A stretch of DNA of 64,000 bases from Nitrospirota bacterium (GCA_963796285.1 CAWCKW010000012.1:192001-256000), one strand, 5' to 3'. Shown: positions 53,595 to 64,000, counted from the stretch's first letter. Numbers and translations are program-made. Notes: generated from the sequence alone by a model not told the origin.

Positions 53595-54407
53595 ATGAAT
53601 CTCTTGTTTTTTCAACTAGCATTCGGCTCTTATCTGCTCGCAACAGCAGGGTACATTGCTTACTTCATCAAGCCTGAACAGAAGTGGACGGCTACCGCTT
53701 CGCTCTGGGTGACGGTCCTTGGCTTCCTGCTCCATATTGCTTATTTTCTCCTCCGGTGGACCGAATCAGGACGCATCCCGATCACCAGCTTCTTCGAGGC
53801 GGCGAATTTCCTCGGCATGGGCATCGTGCTCGTGTTTCTTATCATGGAGTTCCGCTTCAAGATCGCAACGCTCGGATCGTTCATGCTTCCTCTCGTTATA
53901 GTTCTCATGGCCCCGGCACTCATCCTGTCAGGCGACATCAAAGAAATAAATCCCGTGCTCAAGAGCGGATGGCTCGGCGTGCACACGAGTCTGGCAGTCC
54001 TCGGAGACGCAGCCTTCGCATTCGCCTTTATCGTTTCGATCATGTATTTGATCCAGGAGCGCCAGCTCAAGTCCAAACACCTGGGCGCGATCTTTCACCG
54101 GCTGCCGTCCCTCGATATCATGGATACCCTCGGCTACAAGGCACTGACGTTCGGCTGGCCCCTCTACACACTTGGTATGCTTACCGGCTCTATCTGGGCG
54201 AACAGTGCCTGGGGTTCGTACTGGAGCTGGGACCCGAAGGAAACCTGGTCGCTCATTACGTGGGTCATTTATCTCGCGCTTCTGCATCTTCGTACCATCG
54301 GATGGCGCGGAAGAAAAATGGCCTTTCTTTCGATCATCGGCTTTGTCTTTGTACTGGTCAGTTTTTTTGTGGTAAGCCGCTTAGAGATGGGGAAACACAG
54401 TTTTTAA
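53595..54407 (+). CDS. ccsB: Cytochrome c biogenesis (system II) protein CcsA/CcsB
   Basis: WWD motif WANSAWGSYWSWDPKETW, W...H motif and terminal HSF. Confidence 0.93.
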   Translation: MNLLFFQLAFGSYLLATAGYIAYFIKPEQKWTATASLWVTVLGFLLHIAYFLLRWTESGRIPITSFFEAANFLGMGIVLVFLIMEFRFKIATLGSFMLPLVIVLMAPALILSGDIKEINPVLKSGWLGVHTSLAVLGDAAFAFAFIVSIMYLIQERQLKSKHLGAIFHRLPSLDIMDTLGYKALTFGWPLYTLGMLTGSIWANSAWGSYWSWDPKETWSLITWVIYLALLHLRTIGWRGRKMAFLSIIGFVFVLVSFFVVSRLEMGKHSF

Positions 54408-54419
54408 GGTGATGGCAGA

Positions 54420-55787
54420 ATGAGTATCCTGGTAGTCGGTCTCAGTCATAAAACAGCGCCTATTGAGGTGCGTGAGAAGCTCAATTTTCCTGAAGCTACT
54501 GTTTCGGAGGCGCTCAGGAAACTGGTGAGCTACGAGGGGATCCGGGAGGGCCTTATTCTGTCAACCTGCAACCGAGTGGAAATCTACGCGTCAGTGCAGG
54601 ACAGCGCCAACGGCATCGAACGGATCAAGCAGTTCATCTCCGAGTACCATGGGCTCTCCCGGGAGGCCCTGGACCAGTCGCTCTACGTGTATCCCGATGC
54701 ACAAGGAGTGCGTCACACGTTTCGCGTGGCATCAAGTCTCGATTCCATGGTGCTGGGAGAGGCGCAGATCCTGGGGCAGCTCAAGGATGCCTTTGATATC
54801 GCCCTCAAGGCAAAGACCACGAGCACCATTCTTAACAAGCTGACCAAGAAGGCTATATCCGTCGCAAAACGCGTGCGTACCGAAACCAGGCTTGCAGAAG
54901 GAGCTGTTTCGATCAGCACGGCCGCCGTGGAACTGGCAAAAAAGATCTTCGGCGAACTGACGGGAAAGTACGTCATGCTCCTGGGCGCGGGCGAGATGGC
55001 GGAACTGGCGGCCCAGCACCTCCTGGGCAATGGCGTGAAGAACATCATGGTCGCGAACCGCACCTTTGAACGCGCCGAAGAACTCGCCAAGGAGTTCAAA
55101 GGCGACGCCATCCGTTTCGAAAATTTCCCCGATGCCCTGGTCATGGTGGACATTCTTATCTGCGCTACCGGCGCATCGCACTACGTCGTCGATCGAGATA
55201 TGGTCGGCCGGGTGCTCAAAGAACGCCGCAACAAGCCGATCTTCATGATCGACATCTCAAATCCGAGGAACATCGACCCCGAGGTCGACAAGGCCGACAA
55301 TGTCTATCTTTATGACATCGATGACCTTCAAAGCAAGGTTGACGTGAACACCGGTGGAAGGGCAAAAGAAGCTGAGAAGGCCGAAGAGCTCATCACACAG
55401 GAGGTTGAGACATACCTCCAGTGGGAGCGTGCCCTTGATGCCGTGCCGACCATCGTGGATCTTCGCGAAAAAGTGGAAGATATCCGCAAGCGGGAACTTG
55501 ACAAGACAGTCGGCTCGTTGAGCGGCATTACCGAAGACCAAATACGGGCCATGGAGGCCATGTCCCAGGCAATTGTGAACAAGCTGCTCCATGCGCCCCT
55601 GGTGGTCCTGAAGCAGGCTGCTTCCACCCCCGGTGAAGGCGATACTACGATCGCTATCGCTCGCAGGCTGTTTAACCTGGACAAGGAATTGAAACGGCCG
55701 GTACGTGAGATAGGGGCAGAATCACCTGGTAAAGAAGGATCTGATCAGAGTTTGGAACACCAGACAGCAAAGAATAGTTGCCACTGA
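54420..55787 (+). CDS. hemA: Glutamyl-tRNA reductase
   Basis: GLSHKTAP, STCNR.E, GE.QILGQ and GAGEM. Confidence 0.98.
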   Translation: MSILVVGLSHKTAPIEVREKLNFPEATVSEALRKLVSYEGIREGLILSTCNRVEIYASVQDSANGIERIKQFISEYHGLSREALDQSLYVYPDAQGVRHTFRVASSLDSMVLGEAQILGQLKDAFDIALKAKTTSTILNKLTKKAISVAKRVRTETRLAEGAVSISTAAVELAKKIFGELTGKYVMLLGAGEMAELAAQHLLGNGVKNIMVANRTFERAEELAKEFKGDAIRFENFPDALVMVDILICATGASHYVVDRDMVGRVLKERRNKPIFMIDISNPRNIDPEVDKADNVYLYDIDDLQSKVDVNTGGRAKEAEKAEELITQEVETYLQWERALDAVPTIVDLREKVEDIRKRELDKTVGSLSGITEDQIRAMEAMSQAIVNKLLHAPLVVLKQAASTPGEGDTTIAIARRLFNLDKELKRPVREIGAESPGKEGSDQSLEHQTAKNSCH

Positions 55788-55870
55788 TACACACGGAAAG
55801 AATCGAATTTTATTTTTGGTTTTGTAATCCGTGTTCACGTACGGTTAAAATGTCCTGAAGGAGTATTTCA

Positions 55871-56835
55871 TTGAGAAAACAGATCAGAATCGGTACACGC
55901 GCGAGCGCGCTCGCGCTTTGGCAGGCGGAGTGGGTGAAGTCGGAGCTCGAGAAGGAATATCCGGGCATGACCGTGTCGCTCACGAAGATCAAGACCACGG
56001 GCGACAAGATCCTCGATGTGCCGCTCGCCAAGGTCGGCGGCAAGGGGCTCTTCGTGAAGGAGATCGAAGAGGCCATGCTGGCGAATGAGATCGACATCGC
56101 CGTGCACAGCATGAAGGACGTGCCGACCTTTTTCCCCGACGGTCTGCATCTTTCGTGCATCACGAAACGCGAGGACGCGAGGGACGCGTTGCTTTCACGG
56201 AACAACATTAAATTCAATGACCTTCCCCGGGGCGCGAACATCGGCACGAGCAGCCTCAGGCGCCAGGCCCAGATCATGAGCATCCGTCCGGATTTTGTGA
56301 TCCACCAGCTGCGCGGCAACGTGGGCACGCAGGCTGCAGAAATTGAAAGAAGGAAAGTTCGACGCAATCATTCTTGCCGCGGCAGGTGTGAAGCGGCTCG
56401 GGCTTGAGGCAAACGTCGCGGAATACCTTTCAACTGAGATCAGCCTGCCCGCCATCGGCCAGGGCGCCCTCGGCATCGAATGCCGGGTGGATGATCGGGA
56501 CCTCAATGACATGATCGCGTTCTTCAATCATGCAGACAGCCGCACCTGCGTTACCGGGAGAACGTGCGCTCCTGCGCAGGCTCGAAGGAGGCTGCCAAGT
56601 CCCGATCGCCTGCTATGGACAGATGAAGGACGGGAAGCTGAAACTCAGCGGTCTCGTGGGAAGCGTTGACGGAAAGCGGATCGTCAAGGACTCAATCGAA
56701 GGAGAGCCGGAAAAGGCCGAGAAGCTCGGTGTCACGCTGGCGGAGAGACTCCTGTCCCAGGGTGCGGACGTGATCCTTCGGGAAGTATACGGGAATACGA
56801 CCGATTTCAGCGGAAATAATCTTTTAGAAAATTAA
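55871..56835 (+). CDS. hemC: Hydroxymethylbilane synthase with two +1 frameshifts (about 56330 and 56557)
   Basis: [41 protein letters not shown] and LEGGCQVPI across three frames. Confidence 0.93.
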
Positions 56836-57026
56836 TCAAACTTTAACCACAGAGATCGCAGAGAAAAAATTCAAATATCACATCAATACACAAGGAACAA
56901 GAAACTAAAAGGATTTTCCCGCCGTGTTGGATAACAAATCATAGATATTCGTATTAACCTTGAGCATCGATTTTTGTCATTCATTTACACTGCGATCTCT
57001 GCGTTTCTGCGGTAATAATATAAAAC

Positions 57027-58556
57027 ATGACTCCTTCAATCGGAAAAGTATATTTAATCGGAGCAGGACCGGGTGACCCAGGATTGATCACGGTCAAAGG
57101 CCTGGAGTGCGTGAAAAAAGCCGATGTGATCATCTACGACTATCTTGCGAACGAGCGGCTGCTCGACCAGCGGCGGCCTGACGCGGAACTCATCTACGTG
57201 GGCAAGCAGGGTGGCAGGCACACGCTCCCCCAGGACGAGATCAACAGCTTGATCGTTAGGAAGGCCAAAGAGGGAAAGATAATAGCGCGCTTAAAGGGAG
57301 GCGATCCGTTCATTTTTGGCAGGGGCGGCGAAGAGGCCGAGGACCTGGCTGACAACGGCATCCTTTTCGAGATCGTGCCCGGGGTTACCGCTGCCACCGC
57401 GGTGCCGACCTACGCGGGCATCCCGCTTACCCACCGCGATTACACCGCAAGCGTGGCCTTCGTGACCGGCCATGAAGACCCCACAAAACCGGAATCAAAG
57501 GTGCACTGGGACAAGCTATCGACCGGCATCGGTACGCTGGTGTTCTTTATGGGCATGAAGAACCTCCAGAATATTGTGGACAATCTCATCTCCCACGGCA
57601 GAAATGCCGAGACGCCGGTGGCCCTGATCCAATGGGGCACCCGCACGGACCAGCGGGTCGTGACGGGGACCCTGAGGGATATCGTCCCGAAGGTAAAAGA
57701 GGCCGGACTCGGCCCCCCCGCCATTATTGTCGTCGGCGAGGTTGTGAAACTCAGGCAGAAACTGAACTGGTACGAGTCCAAACCGCTTTTCGGAAAACGG
57801 GTCATGGTCACGCGTTCGCGCGACCAGGCAAGCGTATTCGCTGAAATGCTGATCGACCGCGGCGCAACGACCATTGAGTTCCCCACTATCGATGTCGTTC
57901 CTCCCGCGAGCTGGGCCGAGCTGGACAGCGCTATCCAGATGATAGAAACATACAACTGGATAATCTTCACGAGCGCGAACGCGGTCAAATATTTCATGGA
58001 GCGGCTTCGCGGGCTCGGCAAGGACCTGCGCATCCTCAAAGGCGTGAACATCTGCACGGTTGGACCAAAGACAGCGGAGCTGCTCGAACAGTACGGCCTG
58101 AGGGCAGATCTGATACCCGCGGAGTTCAAAGCCGAAGGCGTGATCGCCGCTCTCGGCGGTGCAGCCGTGAAGGGCCGGAAATTCCTGATCCCCCGGGCGA
58201 AAGTGGCCCGTGAGATCATTCCGGACAAGCTCAGGGGACAGGGCGCCGATGTGACTGTCGCTGTTGCCTACGAGAATGTGCGGCCGACAGCAGACGTGGA
58301 CCGGGTTAAAAAGCTATTTGAGGAGAAAAAGATCGCCGTAGTGACCTTCACCAGCTCATCTACGGTTCATAATTTTGTTGAAATACTCGGCCAAAAAGGG
58401 TATATAAAACTTATCGAGGGTGTGTCCGTGGCCTGCATCGGCCCGGTAACGGCAAAGACCGCGGAAGAATACGGCATGAGGACGGACATTATGCCGAAAG
58501 ACTATACCATTCCGGCCCTCGTCGATGCGATGGTAGATTTTTTCAAGAAGTCATGA
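57027..58556 (+). CDS. cobA: Uroporphyrinogen-III methyltransferase / synthase fusion (CobA-HemD)
   Basis: GAGPGDPGL, RLKGGDP..FGRGGEE, then HemD motifs FTSANAV, FTSSSTV and CIGPVT. Confidence 0.96.
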   Translation: MTPSIGKVYLIGAGPGDPGLITVKGLECVKKADVIIYDYLANERLLDQRRPDAELIYVGKQGGRHTLPQDEINSLIVRKAKEGKIIARLKGGDPFIFGRGGEEAEDLADNGILFEIVPGVTAATAVPTYAGIPLTHRDYTASVAFVTGHEDPTKPESKVHWDKLSTGIGTLVFFMGMKNLQNIVDNLISHGRNAETPVALIQWGTRTDQRVVTGTLRDIVPKVKEAGLGPPAIIVVGEVVKLRQKLNWYESKPLFGKRVMVTRSRDQASVFAEMLIDRGATTIEFPTIDVVPPASWAELDSAIQMIETYNWIIFTSANAVKYFMERLRGLGKDLRILKGVNICTVGPKTAELLEQYGLRADLIPAEFKAEGVIAALGGAAVKGRKFLIPRAKVAREIIPDKLRGQGADVTVAVAYENVRPTADVDRVKKLFEEKKIAVVTFTSSSTVHNFVEILGQKGYIKLIEGVSVACIGPVTAKTAEEYGMRTDIMPKDYTIPALVDAMVDFFKKS

Positions 58557-58653
58557 TTGTCAAGAGGATAAACAGGATGTACTGGATACAGTAAGATCAC
58601 GAAGTCTTACTCCTGTTGAATACTTTGATCCAGCCTATACAAAGGAGAATAGC

Positions 58654-59031
58654 ATGATTACCATTTCAGAAGTTGCAGCGGACAAGATCAAGGAGATACT
58701 TAAAGCGGAAGGCGTACCCAACCATGCCCTGCGTGTAACAACAGCCGGCGGCGGCTGTGGTTGCGGCCCATCCTATGAAATCATGATCGACGACAAGACC
58801 GGCGACGGCGACACGGTGGTCGAGAAAAATGGGGCCAGGCTTTTTGTCGATGCCTCAACTGCCAAGTCGCTGGCTGGGGCTGAGCTCGGCTTCATTAGCG
58901 ATGAGCGCGGCGAAGGTTTTGCCATCGGTTTCCCGAACGGCGCACCGTCAGGTGGGAGCTGTGGCTGCGGCGGTGAAGAACCCAAGTCGAGCGGAGGCGG
59001 ATGCGGCTCCGGAGGCTGCGGGTGCAGCTGA
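58654..59031 (+). CDS. IscA/HesB-family Fe-S carrier with Cys/Gly-rich tail
   Basis: MITISE.AA, LRV...GGGC, D.VVEK.G..LFVD..T...L.GA.L.F and SCGCG. Confidence 0.85.
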   Translation: MITISEVAADKIKEILKAEGVPNHALRVTTAGGGCGCGPSYEIMIDDKTGDGDTVVEKNGARLFVDASTAKSLAGAELGFISDERGEGFAIGFPNGAPSGGSCGCGGEEPKSSGGGCGSGGCGCS

Positions 59032-59037
59032 TCCCAT

Positions 59038-59065
59038 TGCGGATTGCGGAGTGCGGATTGCGGAG
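59038..59065. repeat. Heptamer tandem repeat (TGCGGAK)x4
   Basis: TGCGGAT TGCGGAG TGCGGAT TGCGGAG. Confidence 0.85.
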
Positions 59066-59118
59066 TGAAACCCTGATTCGCATTCATCGATGGTCAGATG
59101 AGGTGATGAGGAGATTGC

Positions 59119-60093
59119 ATGTTTGAGCCTTTATACCGGCCGAGAAGGCTGAGGTCCAACGAGAACATACGGCGCATGGTACGGGAGACAACGCTTTCTC
59201 CTGATGATTTCATCTATCCGCTCTTTGTCATGCACGGCAAGGGTGTCAAGAAAGAGATCAGTTCCATGCCCGGGAACTATCAGCAGTCCATCGACAACAT
59301 CGTGAAGGACTGTGAAGAGGTGAAGGACCTCGGTATTCCAGCCGTTCTCCTCTTCGGGATTCCCGAGCACAAGGATGAGGTCGGCAGCGAGGCCTACTCC
59401 GATGAGGGCATTGTCCAGCATGCGATCAAGGCGATCAAAAACAAGTTTCCTGAACTTGTCGTGATCACCGACGTCTGTCTCTGCGAATACACGAGCCACG
59501 GCCACTGCGGCTTGATCAAGAACGGCGTGGTCCAGAACGATGCCACGCTCGAACTGCTTGCCAGGGAAGCGCTTTCCCATGCCAGGGCCGGCGCGGACAT
59601 GGTTGCACCATCGGATATGATGGATGGCAGGGTCGGCGCCATCCGGGAGACACTCGACAGCGATGGTTTTTACGATATACCCATCATGTCCTATGCAGCG
59701 AAATATGCGTCAAGCTTCTACGGCCCGTTCCGCGAGGCAGCTGAGTCGACGCCGCAGTTCGGTGATCGCCGTTCGTACCAGATGGATGCTCCGAACAGCC
59801 GCGAGGCCTTGCGCGAGGTCGCTCTGGACATCGACGAGGGCGCCGACATCGTTATGGTAAAGCCCGCACTCGCCTATCTCGACATCATTTACCAGGTCAA
59901 GCAGCAATTCAATCTGCCTGTTGCGGCCTATAATGTGAGCGGAGAATACTCCATGATAAAAGCCGCGGCAAAGCTCGGCTGGATCGATGGAGAACGCGCC
60001 ATGATGGAGTCGCTCATTGCGATCAAACGGGCAGGCGCAGACATCATCCTTACGTATTTCGCCAAAGAGGCCGCAGCGCTGTTGAATAAATAG
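59119..60093 (+). CDS. hemB: Porphobilinogen synthase (Zn type)
   Basis: [27 protein letters not shown] and MVKP. Confidence 0.99.
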   Translation: MFEPLYRPRRLRSNENIRRMVRETTLSPDDFIYPLFVMHGKGVKKEISSMPGNYQQSIDNIVKDCEEVKDLGIPAVLLFGIPEHKDEVGSEAYSDEGIVQHAIKAIKNKFPELVVITDVCLCEYTSHGHCGLIKNGVVQNDATLELLAREALSHARAGADMVAPSDMMDGRVGAIRETLDSDGFYDIPIMSYAAKYASSFYGPFREAAESTPQFGDRRSYQMDAPNSREALREVALDIDEGADIVMVKPALAYLDIIYQVKQQFNLPVAAYNVSGEYSMIKAAAKLGWIDGERAMMESLIAIKRAGADIILTYFAKEAAALLNK

Positions 60094-60415
60094 CTCATGA
60101 GCTCGCTGGGTCGGTGAAGTACGAACAATTTCCCGTTCGATGTGTGAAAGCTCTCGGACGGGATTGTTTTATCCCCCTCGATCATCTTTTCGTCACTACC
60201 TCTCACAATTCCCCGTAATTAGACATAGCTGCCATGTACCGCCAAATTAAAGTCCCCTTTCAGGTTTCTTGAGGTGCTTGATTTCAGGGATCGAGTCCGC
60301 TGAAAAGATTTATTCAGCTGACGTGCCGGAGAAGGACCTCGAGTGTTTTGTTGATTAAAACCTTGTTCTGTTGAAAAAATCCAATGTTACGACATCATAT
60401 CGTAACTAACGGGGC

Positions 60416-61213
60416 CTAGACGTTCTTTTCAGTACTCTGTTTGTGTTCATGGCTGAATATATGGTCCTTGCAGTATCCCAGCCCGCCGCAGTCTGAGCAG
60501 TAACGAAATTCCATCTGGGGATGGGATACATCAGTGATACCGCAGGTCGCGCAGGTATGGAATGCTTCCTTCTTTCCGGAGTACTGTCTGACCTGAGTAG
60601 CCATAATACGTTTACCGCTCTTCATCCTCCACAAAATATCGTTTCCGAAGAACAAAAGGAAGTTGCTGATCGATGCAAGCACGAGCAGCCGCGTCGACCA
60701 TGAGCCGAACAGGACCTCATAGGCATAGCCGATCCACGTGAGCAAAGCCAGCCACTTGATCTTTACCGGGAGGATAAAGAAGATCAAGAGCTGAAAATCC
60801 GGATACAGGAAGGCGAATGCCAAAAACACAGACCCGCCGATAAACATGTTCGTTGCCGGATAAAGGGGCAGAATGAACGATACGGCTACGGTGACGACGT
60901 AGCCGACAAGGAGAAAAAAATCATAACGGAACGCCCCCCAGTGGTCTTCAAGTGCGGTGCCCATGAGGTAGAACATGTACCAGGCAAAAAATGCGAATAT
61001 CGGGTTGGTCACGGGAGGGATGAACAGGAATGTGATGAGCCGCCACCACTCGCCGGCCATGACGAGGTCGGGAATGAGTACGACGCGTTGGAGGATGAAT
61101 CTGCCGGACAGGGCGAAGACGAAGAAGAGCACCTGGCCGAGGATGAGGTAGAGGGTCACATTATGGACGGCATAGCGCCGCAATTTTCGTTCGAGGTTTT
61201 CAAGCAGGTTCAT
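60416..61213 (-). CDS. Rhomboid/Derlin-like membrane protein with C-terminal zinc-finger-like motif
   Basis: GEWWRLITFLF, G.ALE..WG and LPVKIKW; tail CATC...FRYCSDC...YCKDH. Confidence 0.75.
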   Translation of the reverse strand: MNLLENLERKLRRYAVHNVTLYLILGQVLFFVFALSGRFILQRVVLIPDLVMAGEWWRLITFLFIPPVTNPIFAFFAWYMFYLMGTALEDHWGAFRYDFFLLVGYVVTVAVSFILPLYPATNMFIGGSVFLAFAFLYPDFQLLIFFILPVKIKWLALLTWIGYAYEVLFGSWSTRLLVLASISNFLLFFGNDILWRMKSGKRIMATQVRQYSGKKEAFHTCATCGITDVSHPQMEFRYCSDCGGLGYCKDHIFSHEHKQSTEKNV

Positions 61214-61249
61214 GTAACACTCCATGCAGGATGGACACCCATCCCGATA

Positions 61250-61921
61250 TCAGACGGAGATTGTTGCTCCGTTTAGTTGCATTAGCTTGCCGGCATCGTC
61301 AAATTCAGCGCTCAACCGTTCTCCGGAGTCAAGTTCGCAGGTGATCGCGGGGCCGGTTTCTGCAAACAGCAGTTTTTTTATCCGGAGATAGGAGAGGAGC
61401 GTCTTCCGGTGATTGAGCTCGTACCGGGAGATCAGGTCCAGGAACCTGCGTGATAAGCGCGACAGGTCAAAGGAAGGTTGCGCGTCTATCCTTTTATCGA
61501 AGAAGAGCAGATATGCCGATCCGCCTTCGTATGCATCCCGGAAATAGCAGCTCGCATTGCAGAGCTCGCTGGCGATCATCGAAAGAACATGACCATCAGC
61601 CTTGTGAAGATCAACGGAGGGGAGCGTAAATTCCCGGACACCCTTTCGCGATCCCCAGTCCCTGAGCTCGCGGGATGCCAGGTGCAGGTCCGCGGGGAGC
61701 TCCTCTGTCTGCTCCTCAGCCCATGCCCAGAGCCAGATCAGCGTGTTGTCTGATTCCGTTCCGAGTACCTGAAAGGAGATTTCGAGGCCGTCGTTGAACC
61801 TGATCTTCCCGGTGTCGAGGTCAAGATCATACGCGTAGTCGCCGAGAAGGAGCGCCAGCTTGTCCTGCTTTTCGAGGGATCGGAGGGCAAATTGTTCGAG
61901 ATATTCAGTAATTGAATTCAT
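61250..61921 (-). CDS. Hypothetical protein (DUF6882-like)
   Basis: KQ..L...LG...Y..DL..G.I.F......QVLGT.S....WLWAWA pattern. Confidence 0.65.
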   Translation of the reverse strand: MNSITEYLEQFALRSLEKQDKLALLLGDYAYDLDLDTGKIRFNDGLEISFQVLGTESDNTLIWLWAWAEEQTEELPADLHLASRELRDWGSRKGVREFTLPSVDLHKADGHVLSMIASELCNASCYFRDAYEGGSAYLLFFDKRIDAQPSFDLSRLSRRFLDLISRYELNHRKTLLSYLRIKKLLFAETGPAITCELDSGERLSAEFDDAGKLMQLNGATISV

Positions 61922-62159
61922 GGTCAGCCGGATGTCTCTGTAAGAATACCGTTACTATACTGTTATTCATTCTTTTTTGCAAGACTGGTAAGAATGGCTA
62001 CATTGAGGAAGAAGATTTAGCTCCCTTTTATGCCAGGAAGGATGCGTTCGAAGAGGCTCATATTCAGACGTTCGCTCGTCGGGCCTTTAACGCCGAAATG
62101 CCGTCTTCCGCCGGCTTAACCTCGTACCCGTACATCCCTAGATTCCCTCGGGTCAACTT

Positions 62160-62552
62160 CTATCCGTAATGATGTCCCGAAATCTGCCAGTGCAGGAACT
62201 GATGGATCTCGTCAGACGCTGATTTTGCGCTGATGCGCACATACCCGTCCGCATCCTGCAGCGCGGCCTCGATGATGGGCTTCACTGCCTGCTCTTCGAG
62301 ATGCCGATAGCGTCTTGCCAGGTGGCCGAGGCTTACGAGCGCGTTGCCGCGGACCATGCTGTTCTCGCTGGAGCAAAGCCGGATGCAGACGGCCTGAGTA
62401 AAGTTGAAATCGAGATCGGACAGCGCGAGCGTAATGGATGCGAGCTGGAGTTCCCCGGGGTCGTTTCGCGAGAGCGCGGCGTTTACATCTTTCTCGGTAA
62501 TACTATTGAGGTCCTGAAGTTTATCTATCATGGTCGAGGTGACATTATGCAT
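62160..62552 (-). CDS. Small HEAT-repeat protein
   Basis: VRGNALVSLGHLAR and AALQD.D.YVR..A..A repeats. Confidence 0.7.
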   Translation of the reverse strand: MHNVTSTMIDKLQDLNSITEKDVNAALSRNDPGELQLASITLALSDLDFNFTQAVCIRLCSSENSMVRGNALVSLGHLARRYRHLEEQAVKPIIEAALQDADGYVRISAKSASDEIHQFLHWQISGHHYG

Positions 62553-62799
62553 CTTTATTCAGGAATACTACATCGGTGAATGTATAGTGTCACTAATAAA
62601 ATAGCTTCGGTCGGCTCCAGTCTTTCGTAAAATAGGTTGATACCGTGATCCGTAATATCTGCTCCGCAATATTTCGAGACGGGAGGGAGCATGAGCTTGT
62701 TACACGTGTGTCCCGGCGATTCCCTGCTACAACTCCGCAGAGTCCTCATTTTGCACAAAATATTTGCATTTGCCGGCCTCATGGTGTAATATTCGACGC

Positions 62800-64000
62800 A
62801 TGAATAAGAAAACATACCGGTTCCTCTATGCGGCATTTCTCCTATCCTTCTTCCTTGTCGGTTGTGCTGTGCCGACCACATCGCAGACAGCGGCCACTAA
62901 CACCGATATCAACCAGGTCCCGACCTCTAATGATCATGCAGGCAACGCACTGCTTTCGCATGCAGACCCTTCATCCGATCTGATCGCCGCCGACGCGGAT
63001 GATGGGGAAGATTCCACCCTTGAAGAGACAAAGAACGGCATCGCCTCGCCCGGTGAGGAAAGCAGCCTCGACGCGGCACTTGAGCTTACCGCGACCTCCC
63101 AGGAGCTCTGGGCATCGGGAGATGCCGGAAAGGCCATTGAAGTTCTGGATCAAGCATACGCGCTCATCTTGAAAGCGCCTGCGGACGCTGATGGAAAGAA
63201 CAGCCAGCAGAAAGACGATCTTCGCTTCCTGATCTCCAAGAGGCTCATGGAGATATATACGTCGCGTCTCACCGCGGTGCGGGGCAAGCATAATGAGATC
63301 CCTCTTGTCATGAACGAGCATGTGGCGGGCGAGATCAAACTTTTCCAGACAATGGAGCGTGATTTCTTTATAGAATCATATAAGCGATCGGGCAAATACC
63401 GGGAGGAAATGGTCAAGGCATTCCGCGAAGCCGGCATTCCCGAGGAGATCACCTGGCTTCCGTTGATCGAGAGCGGATTCAAGGCGCGCGCCATGTCCCG
63501 TGCGCGGGCACTGGGTCTGTGGCAGTTCATCCCCTCAACAGGGTATAAGTACGGCCTCAAGCGCGATGCATGGATCGATGAGCGACTGGATCCGGGAAAG
63601 GCCACAGCGGCGTCCATTGCCTATTTAAAGGAATTGCATCAGATGTTCGGCGACTGGGCCACGGTGCTTGCGGCGTACAACTGCGGGGAAGGGAACGTGC
63701 TGCGCGCAATCCGGGGACAAAAAATCGATTACCTCGATAATTTCTGGGACCTCTATCAACGCCTGCCGCGAGAGACCGCCCGGTATTACCCGCGGTTCCT
63801 GGCGGTCCTTACGATCATGAAGGACCCCGCAAAATACGGATTCACCCTTGATGAGCTTGAGAAGCCGGCCGCGTACGAAGTGGTCACCATAGAAAAGCCG
63901 GTCCATTTGAAAAAGATCGCGGAAAAGACCGGGTGTTCCGCTGAAGAACTTGCGAACCTGAACCCCGAACTTCGAAATCAAGCCACACCTCCCGAGCCGT
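62800..64000 (+). CDS. mltD: MltD-type lytic transglycosylase lipoprotein (runs off the window end)
   Basis: Not in the ORF track; my translation from ATG 62800 gives lipobox LVGC, LPLIESGF, A.GLWQFIPSTG, AAYNCGEG and LPRET..Y. Confidence 0.88.
   Translation, partial: MNKKTYRFLYAAFLLSFFLVGCAVPTTSQTAATNTDINQVPTSNDHAGNALLSHADPSSDLIAADADDGEDSTLEETKNGIASPGEESSLDAALELTATSQELWASGDAGKAIEVLDQAYALILKAPADADGKNSQQKDDLRFLISKRLMEIYTSRLTAVRGKHNEIPLVMNEHVAGEIKLFQTMERDFFIESYKRSGKYREEMVKAFREAGIPEEITWLPLIESGFKARAMSRARALGLWQFIPSTGYKYGLKRDAWIDERLDPGKATAASIAYLKELHQMFGDWATVLAAYNCGEGNVLRAIRGQKIDYLDNFWDLYQRLPRETARYYPRFLAVLTIMKDPAKYGFTLDELEKPAAYEVVTIEKPVHLKKIAEKTGCSAEELANLNPELRNQATPPEP

Noticed and set aside
55871-56835. 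hemC as a true pseudogene or programmed frameshift
   Set aside because: Two single-base insertions in an otherwise conserved gene within an intact operon are best explained as sequencing error.
58654-59031. Selenocysteine in the HesB-like protein
   Set aside because: All motif positions are Cys codons; the only in-frame TGA is the terminal stop.

Overview
Bacterial chromosomal window. Gene content and order (glnD-tamB, pilB/T/C/S/R, ccsB-hemA-hemC-cobA/hemD-hemB) suggest a Nitrospirota or Desulfobacterota-like anaerobe; this is inference only. Two housekeeping blocks (1-24 kb and 49.5-64 kb) are almost free of frameshifts. They flank a ~25 kb accessory region (about 24.3-49.4 kb) between purC and lysS. 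Its left half is a tailoring cluster: GT2, two B12-binding radical SAMs, one radical SAM/SPASM, and two GT-C glycosyltransferase + FAD oxidoreductase pairs, interrupted by abutting IS1182 and IS5 elements. Its right half is a divergent envelope module: ExtI-like porin, two Ig-like (Big_2) lipoproteins, a His/Cys-motif beta-propeller lipoprotein with a CX6CH tail, YtkA-like and FMN-bind-like proteins, a second beta-barrel and a MacB/LolD-type ABC transporter. This region is the best candidate for an undescribed system. Nearly every gene in it is frameshifted, and hemC is too, so many breaks are probably consensus errors and several long ORFs in the track are artefactual fusions. Also present: tRNA-Thr(CGT), several sigma70-type promoters, and short intergenic elements with periodic inverted arms. 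All family assignments come from motif recognition by eye, not database searches.
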